Shown here: piece by piece, positions 56,851 through 64,000 of the stretch
How the letters are laid out: each line of letters starts with the position of its first letter
Numbering within the stretch: the first letter of the stretch is position 1
NCBI GenBank assembly: GCA_907165135.1
Contig: OU015569.1
Span: 12,152,001 to 12,216,000 of the forward strand
Source: Oikopleura dioica
Taxonomy: Eukaryota > Animalia > Chordata
Direction: 5' to 3'
DNA: 64,000 nt
Program-made: the position numbers and the translations under genes
The notes under the pieces: generated by a model
The model's database searches: none
What the model was told of the DNA's origin: nothing
What the model saw: the letters and a program-made list of their open reading frames with translations, nothing else

Positions 56851-59167
56851 GGACTACTCGGCAGTGGTGCTCCAACTCTTCTCTCAAAAATTATTGCTAA
56901 TATTTTGAGAGGATATGAAATTGTAATGACACCGCTGTTATCGCTCCTTTCTTAGCTCTGCATCAAACCTGCAATTTATTTATTTTCACCTAGTCAAAAC
57001 AAAAACTTTGAAATAAAGAACGAAGATAACCACGAAAAAGTGACCTTTTCTTTTTTCGCATTTTGGATGTTCAAATTATTGTTTATTTATTTTGGAACAA
57101 AACAGCTTCATTTTCACGAAATAAGAGTCTTGATACAGTATTAAATTCTTTTGTAAATTATATTTTGGCCTTAGTAAAGTAATTTATACCTCTTTTACTT
57201 AACTAAAGTTTTGGAAATAAAGCGGAAAACTTTGAAATATATATATTTTTTTTTAATGAAAATGATGCTTTTGGATATTTTTTTTGTTGGCATGCAAAGA
57301 CTACAGCATTGCAGAAGAACTTTAAATAAAGAAAAAAATAATGAATAAAAAGTATATTTTTTGGTAGGTAGAATCGAAATCAAGGATATAAAGAAGAAAA
57401 AATGAATATATAAGTTGGATGAGTTTAGTAGTAGTGAGTTTTGAACAGGGAGTACTAGCTTCATAGATGAATCAGAAAAAAAGAAGAACAGTACATAAAA
57501 AGAGGGTGGATAGAGCAATGTAAGACTGGATACACGGGTACATTTAGAAATTGGAGAAAGAGGGAAAGAGTGCCTCTAACTGTAGAGCAGAAAGGAGGAT
57601 GATCGAAAGCGTTGAAAAACCGCGTCTTGTTGCGTCAAGGCTATCATTTTATTACCATCAACACTCATTGCAAATTTATTTCATTTTTACAAAGGGGATT
57701 AAAGAAAAAAAGAACTATGTACATTTGAAAAGGGTCTTTCTTGATTGATGGTGTTTTTTTTGATGATGATGGTCTATCTGAAAAAATATACAACACGACT
57801 AGCTCATGAGAAGCTCTCTGGCGCTGTTCTTTTCTTTCGAGAGGAAGTTCTCTTCACAAGCGTAGTTTAAGTAGGGCCCGCTCATCGGGGATAATTCAAT
57901 ATACAATATGGGTACTATGTAAAACAGGCATAATAACAGGGACACACACAAGACATCTTTAGATTTATATATATAAACGCGAAATATGATCGTGCGAACT
58001 TTAAGTTATGATCATTCCTCTTTTTTGTGCACATGCGCCGGGCAATTGATTCGATTCGATAGCTACAGAATCCTCTTTGGATAACGAATGCTTTCCATCC
58101 TTTCCGCTGATTGGTTGACCGACTGATCAGCAGACAGGATGGAAATCATGCGTTATCCAAAGACGCTTCTGTAGAGGTTTACTTTCTCTTAGTCTCCTGG
58201 CGCATCTGGTGTCCTCGGAAATACAGTAAGAGAAGGAGTAAAATTATAATAAATGACGAATTAACGCTAAGGCTAAAACGAGAACAATAAATATTTTTGG
58301 TTAGGGATCACGATTGACCCTTAGTTTTGTGGTTTTTTTTGAATTTTTTTAATTCTGGGTTATATAGATCGCTTCGAATAAGCTTGGAGAATATTCGATT
58401 AATTATAGAAAGCAACAAAACATCGATTCCCGGATTCTGGGAATTGGTGGAAAGAGGGTAACGGTAAGGTTAGAAACGCTTACAGTTAGAAAGAGGGAGT
58501 GGAGCAAACAGACGAGCTGCTGCTGAAGGAAAGGTCAGTAGAAGTGGACTTGTGAAAAATCCAGAATGACGGTTACTGAGATGTGTAAGTGCGTCTTACT
58601 GAAGCAAATACGGATTGTGCCTCGGATTGAGCGGATTGTAGTAGAATCCGCCAGCGGAAGGCGAAGCTGCGGCCAACGCGTACGCACTCGATAGCGAGTT
58701 CCCTCCCGATCTGCTAGATCCATATTGCGGCTAAAAATCACCAAGTTAGTTTTAGGAATTCTGAAAGACTGTGGTTCTGAGCCTGTTCTGAAAACAGTTG
58801 CTACTGTAAGAAGACTTACGATAAGTGGCAAGCCATGCGGAAGAAGACCAGCAGGAAAGGCGGAGTTATAGGCGGCAGCGGACTGCTTTTAGTGGGATTC
58901 GAAAAAGCGAAAATGAAAAATGTCAATGTCTCATGCAATTGTAGATTGGATTATGGGTTGTTAGTGGCGGAGAAATTCGCAAAGAAAGGGTTAGTCGCAA
59001 CCGGGTTAGCTTCATTTCCAGTCGGGGTTAAAAGAACACGGGCGTCTGGCCATACGCCGGGTTGAGCTGGATGACCGAGGTCATGTGCGCCTGCTGCGGG
59101 TTAATAGCAGAACCGTTGGTCGGGTTAGGGTTAGCGCGAAAGACCTGTCGTCCTCCTTGAGTGTTAA

Positions 59168-64000
<4,833 letters not shown>

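Overview
Eukaryotic, AT-rich, gene-dense DNA with very short introns (about 30-50 nt), several probable non-canonical donors and Thr-rich secreted proteins. The pattern is most consistent with the larvacean tunicate Oikopleura dioica (inference; no database search was run). I assembled about 16 gene models by hand: a GW/WG-rich ORF and a MATH-like exon pair; two paralogues of a divergent kinase fused to a papain-like domain; a coiled-coil C-type lectin; a small EGF protein; two mucin-like secreted proteins; a class A GPCR; an orphan multipass membrane protein; a degenerate glutaminyl-cyclase-like protein; synaptotagmin-14/16; a CTLD-CTLD-ConA-Kelch protein; a Cys-rich secreted protein; a Gremlin/DAN protein; a small TM protein; and HIPK. 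The window is saturated with non-autonomous DNA transposons from several superfamilies (8-bp, 9-bp, TA and TTAA target-site duplications), including nested ones. The top candidate system is a duplicated head-to-head cassette. One partner is a kinase fused to a cryptic papain-type protease with Gln/Cys/His/Asn at near-papain spacing. The other is a secreted protein whose N-terminal exons are shared between copies but whose C-terminus differs (lectin versus EGF). In both copies an independent transposon has interrupted the protease domain. No rRNA, tRNA or CRISPR array was found. Exon boundaries are manual and need RNA-seq confirmation.
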